Positions 7,853 to 7,904 of a DNA stretch of 7,904 bases are shown here, one piece after another. Source of the DNA: Selaginella moellendorffii (taxonomy: Eukaryota; Plantae; Lycopodiophyta); the NCBI RefSeq assembly GCF_000143415.4, contig NW_003314652.1:1-7904 (forward strand), written 5' to 3'. The position numbers and the translations under genes are program-made. Under the pieces are notes generated by a model, which was not told the origin of the DNA, searched no databases, and saw only the letters and a list, made by a program, of their open reading frames with translations. Every line of letters starts with the position of its first letter. Position 1 is the stretch's first letter.

Positions 7853-7904
7853 TGCAACCCATGCAGGGATCGAGCAACGTTGTGGGCATGACATGAATAT
7901 ATCT

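Overview
Eukaryotic, intron-rich and very compact nuclear DNA from a land plant. Most introns are 45-77 nt and an axonemal dynein gene is present, which points to a lineage with flagellated sperm, most plausibly a Selaginella-like lycophyte (inference). I reconstructed three spliced genes by hand: (1) the first three exons of an inner-arm dynein heavy chain (I1/f 1-beta, DHC10/DNAH2-like; minus strand, 600 to <1); (2) a 13-exon PAS-domain Raf-like (group B2) kinase (minus strand, 3612 to 771) that spans a 100-N assembly gap; (3) a 6-exon secreted BPI/LBP-family lipid-binding protein (plus strand, 4246-6116, 517 aa), divergent from the kinase. The last ~1.8 kb has no recognisable gene, only short direct repeats and a G-box/ABRE cluster. 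The most interesting signals are the non-canonical kinase activation segment (DFS...GTSQWMPPE), an apparent 1-nt frameshift near the gap, a 170-nt spacer between the kinase stop and the dynein start, ATGA-overlapping mini-uORFs before both divergent genes, and a probable 3'-UTR intron. I see no evidence of a wholly new biological system. Most ORFs in the supplied track are exon-plus-intron read-throughs or antisense shadows.
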